Origin: Gemmobacter sp.
GTDB lineage: Bacteria; Pseudomonadota; Alphaproteobacteria; Rhodobacterales; Rhodobacteraceae
DNA: 60,389 nucleotides
Assembly (NCBI RefSeq): GCF_016792925.1
Contig: NZ_JAEULU010000278.1
Coordinates: 1 to 60,389, forward strand
Direction: 5' to 3'
Every line of letters starts with the position of its first letter. The stretch's first letter is position 1. Of this stretch, positions 46,459 through 55,798 are shown in pieces. Under the pieces are notes generated by a model. It saw only the letters and a list, made by a program, of their open reading frames with translations, did not search any database and was not told where the DNA came from. The translations under genes and the position numbers were made by a program.

Positions 46459-48771
46459 ATGCCGAATAAAGAGGCCACGCCCAACATGTTTCACGCCCTG
46501 ATTGCGCCACTGATCGCCACAGTCGCGCTGTGCCTGTTGGCGCGGTGGGAATGGCGGCGCGCATACGGCCCCGAGCCGGGGGCGCAGCGCGAAAGCCTGC
46601 TGCATCTGGCGGGGCTCTGGCTGCGGCTAGCGGTGTTGTGGCTGGCGGTGGCGGCGGCTTTGGCCGCGCTGCCCGCCATGGCGGCGCTGCTGCTGGCGCT
46701 GGTTTGCGGGTTGCTATGGGCGATCTATGAAACGCTGGATCTGGTGGCGTGGAAATACCTCAACCTGTCGCTGTTTCGCGTGGCGCGCCATGCGCCGGTC
46801 AAGGCAGGTGATTCCGATGCCATGCCCAATCTGGTGAACGCCATCCGTACTTTCGTGCCACTGGCGGGCCTTGCCCGGCTGAGTGGCGGCGCGATGGCGG
46901 CGATGGCGCTATGTGCAGGCCCGCTGCGGCTCAGCCAACCGGGTGCCCTGCTGGCGCTGGCGCTGGCCTTGCCCTTGGGGGCGCTTGGCTTGCGGATCTG
47001 GGCTGCGCGGGTGGCGGCGGGGCTGCCAGTGCGCCCGGCGGAGCGCGCCTTTCTGACACAGGATGACAGCCTGCCCGAAGGGCGGCTGGAGGCCGCAGAC
47101 CGCAGCGCCGCCTGCCACGCCCTGCCCGGCACGCCCAGTGCCGCGCGCCATATCCTGCTGGTGCTGAACGAATCCACCGGCGAGGATGTCACCTGCCATG
47201 GCGGCCTGCCGCTGGCCGAGGCGATCCGCGCCGCCAGTGGTGACGCTGCCGCGTGGCTGCGCCCGACCAATGCGCTCACCCCCAGTTCCTGCACCGACAT
47301 CGCCTTGCCCTGCCTGTTCACCGGCTGCGCCCCGCAAGACAGCGCGCAGACCCTGCACCGCCTGCCCCTGCTGTTCGATCTGGCCAAAGCGCGCGGCATG
47401 ACCACGCTGTTTTATTCAGCCTCCACCCTGAAATGGGGCAATCTGGAGGGGTTTTTCGGCACTGCCATCGACGATCTCGCCACGCCACACAGCACCGGCC
47501 TGCCCTTCGTGCATGAGCTGGGCTGCGATGACTATCTGATGGCCGCGCGGCTGCGCGACCGTATCCTGACGGCCGAGGGGCCGCTGTTCATCGTGCTGTA
47601 TACTTACGGCCTGCACCTGCCCTTCCAGAACGCCAGCGCCGGGCCGATCCCCGATCACATCACCGACCGCCGCTGCCGCGCCGCCCATACCGTGACCGAG
47701 GCGCATCGCATGGTGTTTGACGCCCTGCGCCAGACCGGGCGCTATGATGACACGCTGATCCTGAGCCTGGGCGATCATGGCGAGGCCTTCGGGGTGGATG
47801 GCAGCGACCGCACCAGCCGATCCTCGCGGCTGACGAAACTCTCTGCCACCGTCACGCGGCCCCTGTTCCTGATCAAACCGCCCGCCGGGCTGGACCCCAC
47901 CCGCCGCGCCTGTCTGGAGGCGAATATGCAGCACCGGCTGGTCTCGCTGATCGACGTGGCGCCCACGCTGGCCTCGGTGCTGGGGGTAGGGCTGGCGCCC
48001 GACCTGCCGCCCTATCCGGGCCATGACCTCACGCGTGAGGAGGTGCCGGAGGAACGGTTGCACATCACCCTGACGGTGAATGAATGGCGCAACTGGCCAC
48101 AGGCGGCGCTGATGCTGGCGCAGGGCGGGCTGCGGCTGTGCGTCGATTACCAGACCACCACCGCGCTCAGCTGTGACAGCCACGGCCAGCCCCTGCCCGA
48201 GGCGCAGCACCCCGCCGCCGATGCGCTGCTGGCGCAGGCCATGGCGCTGCCGGTGCCGCGCAAGGTGATCGCGCGGGTGTTCCGCGACAAGCTGCACAAT
48301 CGCGCCACCCTGCAAACCGGGCGCTTTGCGCAAGTGATCCCCGATCTGCCGCGCCCTGCGCCGATGGCGGGCGAAACAGAGCGGTTCTTCGGCACCGACA
48401 TCCTGATCTCCGACCCCGGCGCCGGGCGGCTGCATTATGCAGGCCAGAACCACGAGGCGCAGGGCTTTGGCCTGCGGCGGCGGGATCGTGGCATAATGGT
48501 TTACGGCCCCTATCTCGACCTGCCCGCCGGGCACTATGCCGCCAGCTTTGCCTTCGCCCCCGGCGCGCGGCGCAAGCCCCTGCTGCTGGATGTCTGCGCC
48601 ACCGGCCTGCCCGCCATCGCCAGCCGGAAAATCACCCGATTGACCGAGGGGCGGCTGGCCGTGATCGAGTTCACGCTGGAGACCCCCGCCGAGGCGCTGG
48701 AGGTGCGGCTGCACAGCCATCAGGGCTTCAGCGGTTTCTGTCAGGGCCTGTTTCTCAGCCGCATCGGCTAA
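46459..48771 (+). CDS. membrane-anchored alkaline-phosphatase-superfamily enzyme (sulfatase/LtaS/pEtN-transferase-like) with C-terminal beta-sandwich
   Basis: About 5 N-terminal TM helices; LVLNES, SCT (putative Thr nucleophile), HLPF, GDHGE, SLIDVAPT; C-terminal YGPY..LPAG.Y. The start may be ATG 46486. Confidence 0.78.
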   Translation: MPNKEATPNMFHALIAPLIATVALCLLARWEWRRAYGPEPGAQRESLLHLAGLWLRLAVLWLAVAAALAALPAMAALLLALVCGLLWAIYETLDLVAWKYLNLSLFRVARHAPVKAGDSDAMPNLVNAIRTFVPLAGLARLSGGAMAAMALCAGPLRLSQPGALLALALALPLGALGLRIWAARVAAGLPVRPAERAFLTQDDSLPEGRLEAADRSAACHALPGTPSAARHILLVLNESTGEDVTCHGGLPLAEAIRAASGDAAAWLRPTNALTPSSCTDIALPCLFTGCAPQDSAQTLHRLPLLFDLAKARGMTTLFYSASTLKWGNLEGFFGTAIDDLATPHSTGLPFVHELGCDDYLMAARLRDRILTAEGPLFIVLYTYGLHLPFQNASAGPIPDHITDRRCRAAHTVTEAHRMVFDALRQTGRYDDTLILSLGDHGEAFGVDGSDRTSRSSRLTKLSATVTRPLFLIKPPAGLDPTRRACLEANMQHRLVSLIDVAPTLASVLGVGLAPDLPPYPGHDLTREEVPEERLHITLTVNEWRNWPQAALMLAQGGLRLCVDYQTTTALSCDSHGQPLPEAQHPAADALLAQAMALPVPRKVIARVFRDKLHNRATLQTGRFAQVIPDLPRPAPMAGETERFFGTDILISDPGAGRLHYAGQNHEAQGFGLRRRDRGIMVYGPYLDLPAGHYAASFAFAPGARRKPLLLDVCATGLPAIASRKITRLTEGRLAVIEFTLETPAEALEVRLHSHQGFSGFCQGLFLSRIG

Positions 48772-48774
48772 ACC

Positions 48775-49827
48775 TTAGCGCTGCTCGCAAAAGGCCAGAA
48801 AGGCGGGCAGGAAACGGTCGTGGCAAAAGCCATCGGGCGCAAAGCGGCGGCCCTGCGGATGGGCGGCCAGCTCGGCCCGGATGGCCGCCGCAAACTCTGG
48901 CCCGCGCGCGCAGATCACCTGACCGCTTGCCACCAGCGCCTCCAGCCCCGCGATGCCTGCGCAGGCCTCGGGCGTGGCGATCACCTGACAGCCATGATGC
49001 AGCGCCTCGGCCAGCTTCACCTTGGTGCCCGCGCCCTTGAAGATCGGCACTGCCACCAGCCGCGCCCGCGCATAAAGCGCCGCCAGATCGGGCACATAGC
49101 CCAGCACCGTGACCGGCCCGGCGCTGGCGAAGGCGCGCTCCATCCCGCGCCCGGCAAGGATCGTGGGCGCCGGGATCACCGGGGCCACCTGATCCAGATA
49201 CCAGCCAAAACCATGCAGATTGGCAAAGAAATGGCTTCCCACCAGCAGCACGAAATCTTCTGGCGCCGCGGTCGAGGGCACAAGGGGCGGCCAGCTGGGC
49301 GGCAACACCAGGGCGCGGCGCTGCGGATGGCGCGCACACTCATCGGGCGAGATGAAGACATGGCGCTGCGCCGCCCTCAGCCCCAGTCCCTGCCGCATCG
49401 CGACCAACGCCGCTTTGGCCCGCAAGCGCCAGCCGCGCAGGCCCATGGCTGCCAGTTCATCCCGCGCATAGCGCGCCTCGTCATTGTGGTGAAAGAGATG
49501 CATGCGCCCCGGCACCCGCAACAGCCGCAGCAAGGCCGCCACCGCGCCCAGCTCGCCATGGTCGATCCAGACATCGCCCCCCGCGCGGGCGTGGCGGATC
49601 ACCGAGGCCAGCTCGGACGGCGACAGGCGGAACAGCAGATGGCTGGCGCGCGCGCGCCAGCCCGCCCCCTTGGGCGGCTCCGGCACGATCACCGTGACCG
49701 CCCGCCCGCGCCGCGCCGCCGCCTGCTGCCAGAAGGCCAGATTGCGGTCGGTCACCACCTTGGCCCCGCCGACCTCATAGGCGGTGTGGCACAGGAACAG
49801 ATCGCGGGGCTGCGGGCGCGGGCTCAT
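48775..49827 (-). CDS. GT-B glycosyltransferase (GT4-like)
   Basis: HNDE, F.N..G..W, LGYVPDL, PIFKGAGTKVKLAEAL. Start moved to ATG 49827. Confidence 0.85.
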   Translation of the reverse strand: MSPRPQPRDLFLCHTAYEVGGAKVVTDRNLAFWQQAAARRGRAVTVIVPEPPKGAGWRARASHLLFRLSPSELASVIRHARAGGDVWIDHGELGAVAALLRLLRVPGRMHLFHHNDEARYARDELAAMGLRGWRLRAKAALVAMRQGLGLRAAQRHVFISPDECARHPQRRALVLPPSWPPLVPSTAAPEDFVLLVGSHFFANLHGFGWYLDQVAPVIPAPTILAGRGMERAFASAGPVTVLGYVPDLAALYARARLVAVPIFKGAGTKVKLAEALHHGCQVIATPEACAGIAGLEALVASGQVICARGPEFAAAIRAELAAHPQGRRFAPDGFCHDRFLPAFLAFCEQR

Positions 49828-49954
49828 AGAGCGGTCACTGGCGGGCGGCGCGCAGCCTGTCAAGCAGGCCCAGCCCATGCGCCCGGCCAAAGCGCTTGCA
49901 AAACCCCGGCCCGCTTGGCATTGCCGTGGCAACCCGCAGGCCAGACGGCAAAAG

Positions 49955-50845
49955 ATGGATCAGCCCGAGACCCAGCCCCGTTATCTGATTGTCAGCCGCA
50001 TCGGGCCTGACAGCCTGCACCCGCAATGGATCGCCGGTGCCGCGCAGGGCCGGTATGATGTGCTGCTCAGCAGTTTTGCCCCCCTGCCCCATCTGCACGA
50101 TACCCCCGGCGTCACGGTCGAGCATCGCCCCGGCCCCAAGGTGGCGGGCTATTCCGGCATCCTGCGCGACCATGCGGCGCGGCTGGCGCGCTATGATTAC
50201 GTCTGTTTCATGGATGAAGACCTGCGGATCAGCGCCGACCAGATCGCCGGATGCTTTGCCCTTGCCGCCGAACATCGGCTGAAGATCGCGCAGCCCGCCT
50301 TCGCCTGGGGCAGCCATTTCTCCTATGCCGCCACCCTGCGCCAGCCGCAATTCCGCCTGCGCTTCGTGAATTTCATCGAGATGTGCTGCCCGATCTTCCG
50401 CCAGGATGTGGTGGCGACCATCGCGCCGCTCTATCACAGTGGTCTGGAAAGCGGCATCGACCTGATCTGGTGCAATGCGGTGGCGGAAGGCCCGCGCGAT
50501 TTTGCGGTGATCGACGCCTTTCCCGCGCTGCACACCCGGCCCGTGGGCGGCAAGGCCCGGGCCAACGGCTTTGCCGATGTGCATGGCTATGAGGCGCATA
50601 TTCTGGACGCGCTGGCCCGCTATGGCGTGCCCCGGCACCGGATGGCGACCTATGAGGGGCTGCGGCTGGATGGCCGCACCGTGCGCGGGCGCCTGCCGCT
50701 GGCGCTGGCCTCGCTTTCGGTCTTTGGCGCCCTGCCGCAGCAACCCAAGGCGCGCACTTTGGTGAAATGTGGCTTTGACATGCTGTGGCAGCAGGTCTTG
50801 CTGGGCGCGCGCAACAGCAAGATCACGCTGGAGCGCGAGCCATGA
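49955..50845 (+). CDS. DUF707-like putative GT-A glycosyltransferase
   Basis: YDYVCFMDEDL, IAQPA, FIEMCCPIF and G.D..W match the DUF707 motif series. Start moved to ATG 49955. Confidence 0.7.
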   Translation: MDQPETQPRYLIVSRIGPDSLHPQWIAGAAQGRYDVLLSSFAPLPHLHDTPGVTVEHRPGPKVAGYSGILRDHAARLARYDYVCFMDEDLRISADQIAGCFALAAEHRLKIAQPAFAWGSHFSYAATLRQPQFRLRFVNFIEMCCPIFRQDVVATIAPLYHSGLESGIDLIWCNAVAEGPRDFAVIDAFPALHTRPVGGKARANGFADVHGYEAHILDALARYGVPRHRMATYEGLRLDGRTVRGRLPLALASLSVFGALPQQPKARTLVKCGFDMLWQQVLLGARNSKITLEREP

Positions 50846-51702
50846 CCGCAGCCCCCCGCATCGCCTATGTCATCCCGACCCTGGGCCGCACGGAACCGCT
50901 GGCCGCGATGCTGGAATCGCTCCTGCATCAGAACATCGGCCCGGCGGAGGTGGTCGTGGTCGATCAGAACCCGGCGCCGATCCTCGCCCCCCTTCTCGCC
51001 CGCTTTGCGGGCCGCCTGAACATCCGCCATCTGGACGTCGGGCAGCCCCTCGGCTCCTCTGCGGCGCGCAATCTGGGATGGCAGGCGGTGGCGGCCGATC
51101 TGGTGATCTTTCCCGATGACGATTGCACCTATCCGCCGGGCCTGATCGCGCGAATGCTGGCGGTGATGCAGCAGACCGGCGCCGATCTGGTCTCGGGGCG
51201 CTGCGCCGATGCGGCGGGGCAGAACAGCAATGGCAATTTCACCGCCGAGGCCGGATGGGTCGGGCGCGGGAATATCTGGCAGACGCAGATCGAATGGATG
51301 GTGCTGATGCGCCGCACCGTGCTGGAGGCGACCGGCGGCTATGATCCCGCATTGGGCGTGGGCGCCCGTTACGGCGCGTGCGAGGGGCAGGATCTGACCC
51401 TGCGCGCCCTCGCCGCCGGGTTCCGGCAGTATTACGACCCGGCCCTGACAGGCCAGCATCCCGATGTGCTGCACCGCCCCGATGCCGCCACCGCGCGCAA
51501 ATGCCGGGCCTATGGGCGCGGCATGGGGCATGTGCTGCGCCAGCATGGCTTTGGCCGCGCGGTGCAGGCGAAATACCTGCTGCGCCCGCTGCTGCGCGCC
51601 GCGTTCAATCTGGCGCGCGGGCAGGCGGGTGAGGCCAATCTGGCGCTGAACACCGCCCTTGGCCGATGGGAGGGGCTTTCGAAGTGCCACCCAAGCCCCT
51701 GA
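50842..51702 (+). CDS. GT2 glycosyltransferase
   Basis: VIPTLGR, VVVDQ, ARNLG, FPDDD, GGYD, E..D; ATGA coupling at 50842. Confidence 0.9.
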   Translation: MTAAPRIAYVIPTLGRTEPLAAMLESLLHQNIGPAEVVVVDQNPAPILAPLLARFAGRLNIRHLDVGQPLGSSAARNLGWQAVAADLVIFPDDDCTYPPGLIARMLAVMQQTGADLVSGRCADAAGQNSNGNFTAEAGWVGRGNIWQTQIEWMVLMRRTVLEATGGYDPALGVGARYGACEGQDLTLRALAAGFRQYYDPALTGQHPDVLHRPDAATARKCRAYGRGMGHVLRQHGFGRAVQAKYLLRPLLRAAFNLARGQAGEANLALNTALGRWEGLSKCHPSP

Positions 51703-52763
51703 AAATCCTGCATATCTGCGAAACCGCGCGCGGCGGGGTTGGCACCTATATCAATTTGCTGGCGCAGGGCGCGGGCGAGCATCGCGTGCTGTTGCCCGCC
51801 GAGGATCAAACCATGCTGGCCGCAGCCGTGGCGCGCGACACCTTCCGCCGCCCGCGCCGCTCGGTCGCGGGGCTGCTGCGCTTTGGCTTTCACGCCCTGC
51901 GCTGCGGGCTGCGGCAGCGGCCCGACATCGTGTTCTGCCATTCCAGCTTTTCCCTGCTGGCGCTCGCCTTGCTGCGCCCCTTGCTGCCGCGCAGCCGGTT
52001 TCTGTATTGCGCCCATGGCTGGGGCGGCGCGCGCGAAAGCCGCCATGCCCCCCTGCTGCGCCGGATCGAGGGGCGGCTCTGCGGGCTGGCGCATCGGGTG
52101 GTGAATGTCTCGTCGGGCGAGCAGGCCTTTGCGCGCCAGCATGGCTATCGCGCGCACCATCTGGTGATCGAGAATGCCGTGCGACCGGCGCTACCTTTAC
52201 CCCCTGCCCCGCTGCCCGGCCCTGCCGATGCGGTGCATCTGCTGTTCGTCGGGCGGCTGGACCCGCAAAAGGGCTTTGACCTGCTGTTGCCCGCCTTTGT
52301 CGCCGCGCGGCGGCAGAACCCGGCGCTGCATCTGCATGTGATCGGCGAGGCGGTGGTGCAGGCCAGCCCCGGCGCGGCTGCGCCCCTGCCCGAGGGCGTC
52401 ACCCGTCTGGGCTGGATCGGTGCCGACCGGATCGACAGCTTTTACCGCGCCGCGGATCTGGTTCTTCTGCCCTCGCGGTGGGAAGGCATGCCGCTGGTGC
52501 TGATGGAGGCCCTGCGCAATGGCACCCCGGTTCTGGTCAGCACTCGCTCGGATATGCCCACCCTGATCGAGGAGGGGATCAGCGGTTTCGCCACCGATCT
52601 GACCCTGCCCGCCCTGACCGAGGCGCTCGCCCGCTGCACCAAGCCCGCGCTGGCCGCCCTGCGCCCTGCCGCGCTGGCGCGCTATCAGGCGCGCTTCCAC
52701 AGCGACCGGCTGCACCGCGAGATGCAGGCGCTGTATGCCGAGGTGACGCATGATGCCGGATAA
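51684..52763 (+). CDS. GT4 glycosyltransferase
   Basis: GGVGTY, HSS, YCAHGW, VGRLDPQKGFD, PSRWEGMPLVLMEAL. Start GTG 51684 or ATG 51666. Confidence 0.9.
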   Translation: MPPKPLKILHICETARGGVGTYINLLAQGAGEHRVLLPAEDQTMLAAAVARDTFRRPRRSVAGLLRFGFHALRCGLRQRPDIVFCHSSFSLLALALLRPLLPRSRFLYCAHGWGGARESRHAPLLRRIEGRLCGLAHRVVNVSSGEQAFARQHGYRAHHLVIENAVRPALPLPPAPLPGPADAVHLLFVGRLDPQKGFDLLLPAFVAARRQNPALHLHVIGEAVVQASPGAAAPLPEGVTRLGWIGADRIDSFYRAADLVLLPSRWEGMPLVLMEALRNGTPVLVSTRSDMPTLIEEGISGFATDLTLPALTEALARCTKPALAALRPAALARYQARFHSDRLHREMQALYAEVTHDAG

Positions 52764-53859
52764 GCCTCTCACTTTGGCCGTCAATGCCCGCTTCCTCACC
52801 CGGCCTGCCAGCGGGGTGGACCGGGTGGCGATCGAATTGCTGAAGGCCATGGCGGCCCGCCCCGATGTGGCGCGGCTGATCCTGCTGCATCCCGCGCGCG
52901 GGTCGCTGCATCCGGGCTGGCTGGACAGCCTGCCCCCTGCCGCGCGGGCCAAGCTGGTGCTGCGCCCCTGCGGCGGCCCCTTGCGCGGCCATCTGTGGGA
53001 GCAACTGGCGCTGCCCCGTGCCGCGCGGGGCCAGACGCTGCTGTCGCTTTGCTCCACCGGGCCGCTGCTGCACTGCGATCAGGCGGTGATGATCCATGAC
53101 GCGCAGGTCTGGGATGCGCCGCACAGCTATTCCCGCGCCTTCCGCTGGCTCTATCGCCTGCTGTTGCCACGGCTGACGCGGCGGGTGCGGCATGTGCTGA
53201 CGGTCTCGGGTTTCGCGCAGCGGCGGCTGGAGGATCTGGGCATCGCCCCCAAAGGCGCCGTGCGGGTGGTGCCCAATGGCGCCGACCATATCCGGCAGAT
53301 CGAGGCCGACCCGCAGACCCTGCCCCGTCATGGCCTGCGCGCCGGGGGCTATCTGCTGGCCATCGGCAATCTGGCCCCGCACAAGAACCTCGCCCTTCTG
53401 CTGGAGGCCGCCGCCGCCCGCCCGCAAAGCGCGCCCGAACTGATCGTGGCGGGCGGCATGGATGTGCGGGTGTTCTCTGACGCCGGGTTGCGCGCCCCGC
53501 CCGGCACAAGGCTGATCGGCCGGGTCAGCGATGGCGAGCTGCGCGCGCTCTACGAAGGCGCCCTCGCGCTGGTCTTCCCCTCGCTGACCGAGGGTTTCGG
53601 CCTGCCCCCGGTCGAGGCCATGGCCTGCGGCTGCCCGGTGCTGGCCACCACCGGCGGGGCGGTGCCCAAAATCTGCGGCGAGGCGGCCCTTTTCATCGAC
53701 CCGACCGACCGCCCCGGCTGGACCGAGGCGATGACCCGCATCGCCACCGACCCCGGCTTGCGCGCCACGCTGACCGCCAAGGGCCACGAACAGGCCGCGC
53801 GCTATCGCTGGGCCACCAGCGCCGAAACCCTGCTGGCGCTGTTGCGCGGCCCCGCCTGA
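52750..53859 (+). CDS. GT4 glycosyltransferase
   Basis: VNARFL, GVDR, LWEQ, IHD, PHKNL, FPSLTEGFGLPPVEAM. Confidence 0.92.
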   Translation: MMPDKPLTLAVNARFLTRPASGVDRVAIELLKAMAARPDVARLILLHPARGSLHPGWLDSLPPAARAKLVLRPCGGPLRGHLWEQLALPRAARGQTLLSLCSTGPLLHCDQAVMIHDAQVWDAPHSYSRAFRWLYRLLLPRLTRRVRHVLTVSGFAQRRLEDLGIAPKGAVRVVPNGADHIRQIEADPQTLPRHGLRAGGYLLAIGNLAPHKNLALLLEAAAARPQSAPELIVAGGMDVRVFSDAGLRAPPGTRLIGRVSDGELRALYEGALALVFPSLTEGFGLPPVEAMACGCPVLATTGGAVPKICGEAALFIDPTDRPGWTEAMTRIATDPGLRATLTAKGHEQAARYRWATSAETLLALLRGPA

Positions 53860-55079
53860 AATCGGCGATACAGAACCAGCATCACCAGAATGCACAACCA
53901 GACCGGAAAGGCCCGGCTGGACGGCCAATAGAGAATGCGCCCGAGGTCGATCATCCCCACCATCCACACCGGATAGGCCAGCATCCCATGCAGCGCCCGC
54001 CGCCGGAACGCGTTGAACAGCCGCCCGCTGAGAAAGCCGAACCCCGCCATCACCCCCGCCCCGCCCGCGATGCCGAAATCCAGATAGGCCAGCCCCGGCC
54101 CGCTATACAGGTTGAACTCCGGGTGGCTGTGCAGCTCCAGCGCGGTCTGGAACAACAGCGTGTAAGCCTCGCCCCGCACCGATGCCAGCGGGTTGCCCGG
54201 CACCGGGAATTTATACAGGAAATCCAGCGTCCAAAGCGGCTGCCACAGCGGCTCGATATGCTGCAAGGCCATGCCGAAATTATTGACCGAGGAATAGTAA
54301 TAGCTCAGCAAGCGCTGCGTCGCGAACAGCAGCAGATGGCCCTGCCCCTCGCGGTAATGGGACCAGGTCCGGAAATATTCAAACAGCCCGAACAGCAGAA
54401 TGGCCGCCAGAACCGCGACCAGCGGCGCCAGCGCCAGCACGAGCGGATGGCGCAGCCGATAGGCCGACCAGATCACCGCCACCGGCACCGCGATCTCGAT
54501 GAAGGCCAGACGCTCGTGCCACAACACCCCGCGATAGACCGACAGCAGCGCCACGCTGGCCAGCATGAGCCAGACCCGTCGCCGCCCGCGCCGCGACAGC
54601 TCCAGCCCCGAAAACAGCACCAGGGCGCACCAGACCGCGACAAACACCCCGAATTGCGTGGCCGTGGTCAGGCCCGCAATGCTGTTGCCCATCTTCTCCA
54701 GAAAGGTGTCGCCGCGCAGCAGGCGCAGCAGGGTTTCGGCCTTCAGCGTCGGCGCGAAAGCCAGCAGATAGGCCGCCAGACAGCCCAGCCATGCCAGCCC
54801 GACAAACTGCCGCACCGGGCGCCAGATCAGGAAGGCCAGCCGCCCCGCCTGCACCTCGGCCCCGGCCGCCCGCCGCCCCGCCGAGGCGCTCGCCAGAAAA
54901 CTGCCAAGGCCGAAGAACCCATATAGCAGCAGCGCGGTCAGCACCGTGGTGCCATCGACATATTTGCCGCTGCGCATCAGGTCATAATAGCTGGCCGCCG
55001 GGGTTTGCCAGGCCGCCAGCACCACCCCGGCCCAGCACAGCACGATGAAAACCGGGTTCAGCCATGGCGCCGTTCTCAT
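53802..55079 (-). CDS. wzy: polytopic membrane protein, probable Wzy repeat-unit polymerase
   Basis: About 10-11 TM helices, ER motif, large periplasmic loop and YLDFG, typical of Wzy. Directly after wzc and the priming transferase. Confidence 0.7.
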   Translation of the reverse strand: MRTAPWLNPVFIVLCWAGVVLAAWQTPAASYYDLMRSGKYVDGTTVLTALLLYGFFGLGSFLASASAGRRAAGAEVQAGRLAFLIWRPVRQFVGLAWLGCLAAYLLAFAPTLKAETLLRLLRGDTFLEKMGNSIAGLTTATQFGVFVAVWCALVLFSGLELSRRGRRRVWLMLASVALLSVYRGVLWHERLAFIEIAVPVAVIWSAYRLRHPLVLALAPLVAVLAAILLFGLFEYFRTWSHYREGQGHLLLFATQRLLSYYYSSVNNFGMALQHIEPLWQPLWTLDFLYKFPVPGNPLASVRGEAYTLLFQTALELHSHPEFNLYSGPGLAYLDFGIAGGAGVMAGFGFLSGRLFNAFRRRALHGMLAYPVWMVGMIDLGRILYWPSSRAFPVWLCILVMLVLYRRFQAGPRNSASRVSALVAQR

Positions 55080-55084
55080 GGCCG

Positions 55085-55789
55085 CTAACGCCCGGTCCGC
55101 GACAGCAGCACCGGCAAGGTGCGCAGCAGAATGCGCGCATCCTGCGCCAGCCCGCAGGTCCGGGCATATTCCACATCCAGCAGGACGCGCTGGTCATAGT
55201 TCAGCCGGTTGCGCCCGCTGACCTGCCACAAGCCGGTGATGCCGGGACGCATCGCAAGGTAATGCTCCAGGGCGCCGCCATACATCCGCAGCTCCGAGCG
55301 CGTCACCGGGCGCGGCCCGACAAAGCTCATGTCGCCGCGCAGCACGTTCCAGATCTGTGGCAGCTCATCCAGACTGGTGCGGCGCAACATCTGGCCCAGA
55401 GGCGTGATGCGCGGGTCTTCGCGCAGCTTGAAATGCGCCGTCCATTCGGCCAGCGCCTGCGGATCGTCGGCCAGATGGCTGCGCAGATGCAAATGCGATT
55501 CCGGCACCATGCTGCGCAGCTTCCAGCATTTGAACGCCCGCCCTCCCTGACCGATGCGGGTATGGCCGTAAAACGGCCCGCCGCCATCGCGCATGACCAT
55601 CATCCCCAGCAGCAGGATCAGCGGCAAAACCACCGGCAGCAGCACAAGGGCGCCCAGAATATCCAGCCCCCGCTTTGACAGGCTTTGGCAAAACCGCCCG
55701 GCGCGGCAGGTGCCGCAACAGGCCCCGGCCCGGCGCCGCCCCTGCGGCCCGGCTGTTGTGAGAGGGTGATGGCCGTCGTTACATCCCAC
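55085..55789 (-). CDS. priming undecaprenyl-phosphate sugar-1-phosphate transferase (ExoY/WcaJ C-terminal type)
   Basis: KRGLD, K.RSM, DPRIT, RTSLDELPQ, GDMSFVGPRP, PGITGLWQ. Start uncertain. Confidence 0.93.
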   Translation of the reverse strand: MGCNDGHHPLTTAGPQGRRRAGACCGTCRAGRFCQSLSKRGLDILGALVLLPVVLPLILLLGMMVMRDGGGPFYGHTRIGQGGRAFKCWKLRSMVPESHLHLRSHLADDPQALAEWTAHFKLREDPRITPLGQMLRRTSLDELPQIWNVLRGDMSFVGPRPVTRSELRMYGGALEHYLAMRPGITGLWQVSGRNRLNYDQRVLLDVEYARTCGLAQDARILLRTLPVLLSRTGR

Positions 55790-55798
55790 GATTGCCGC

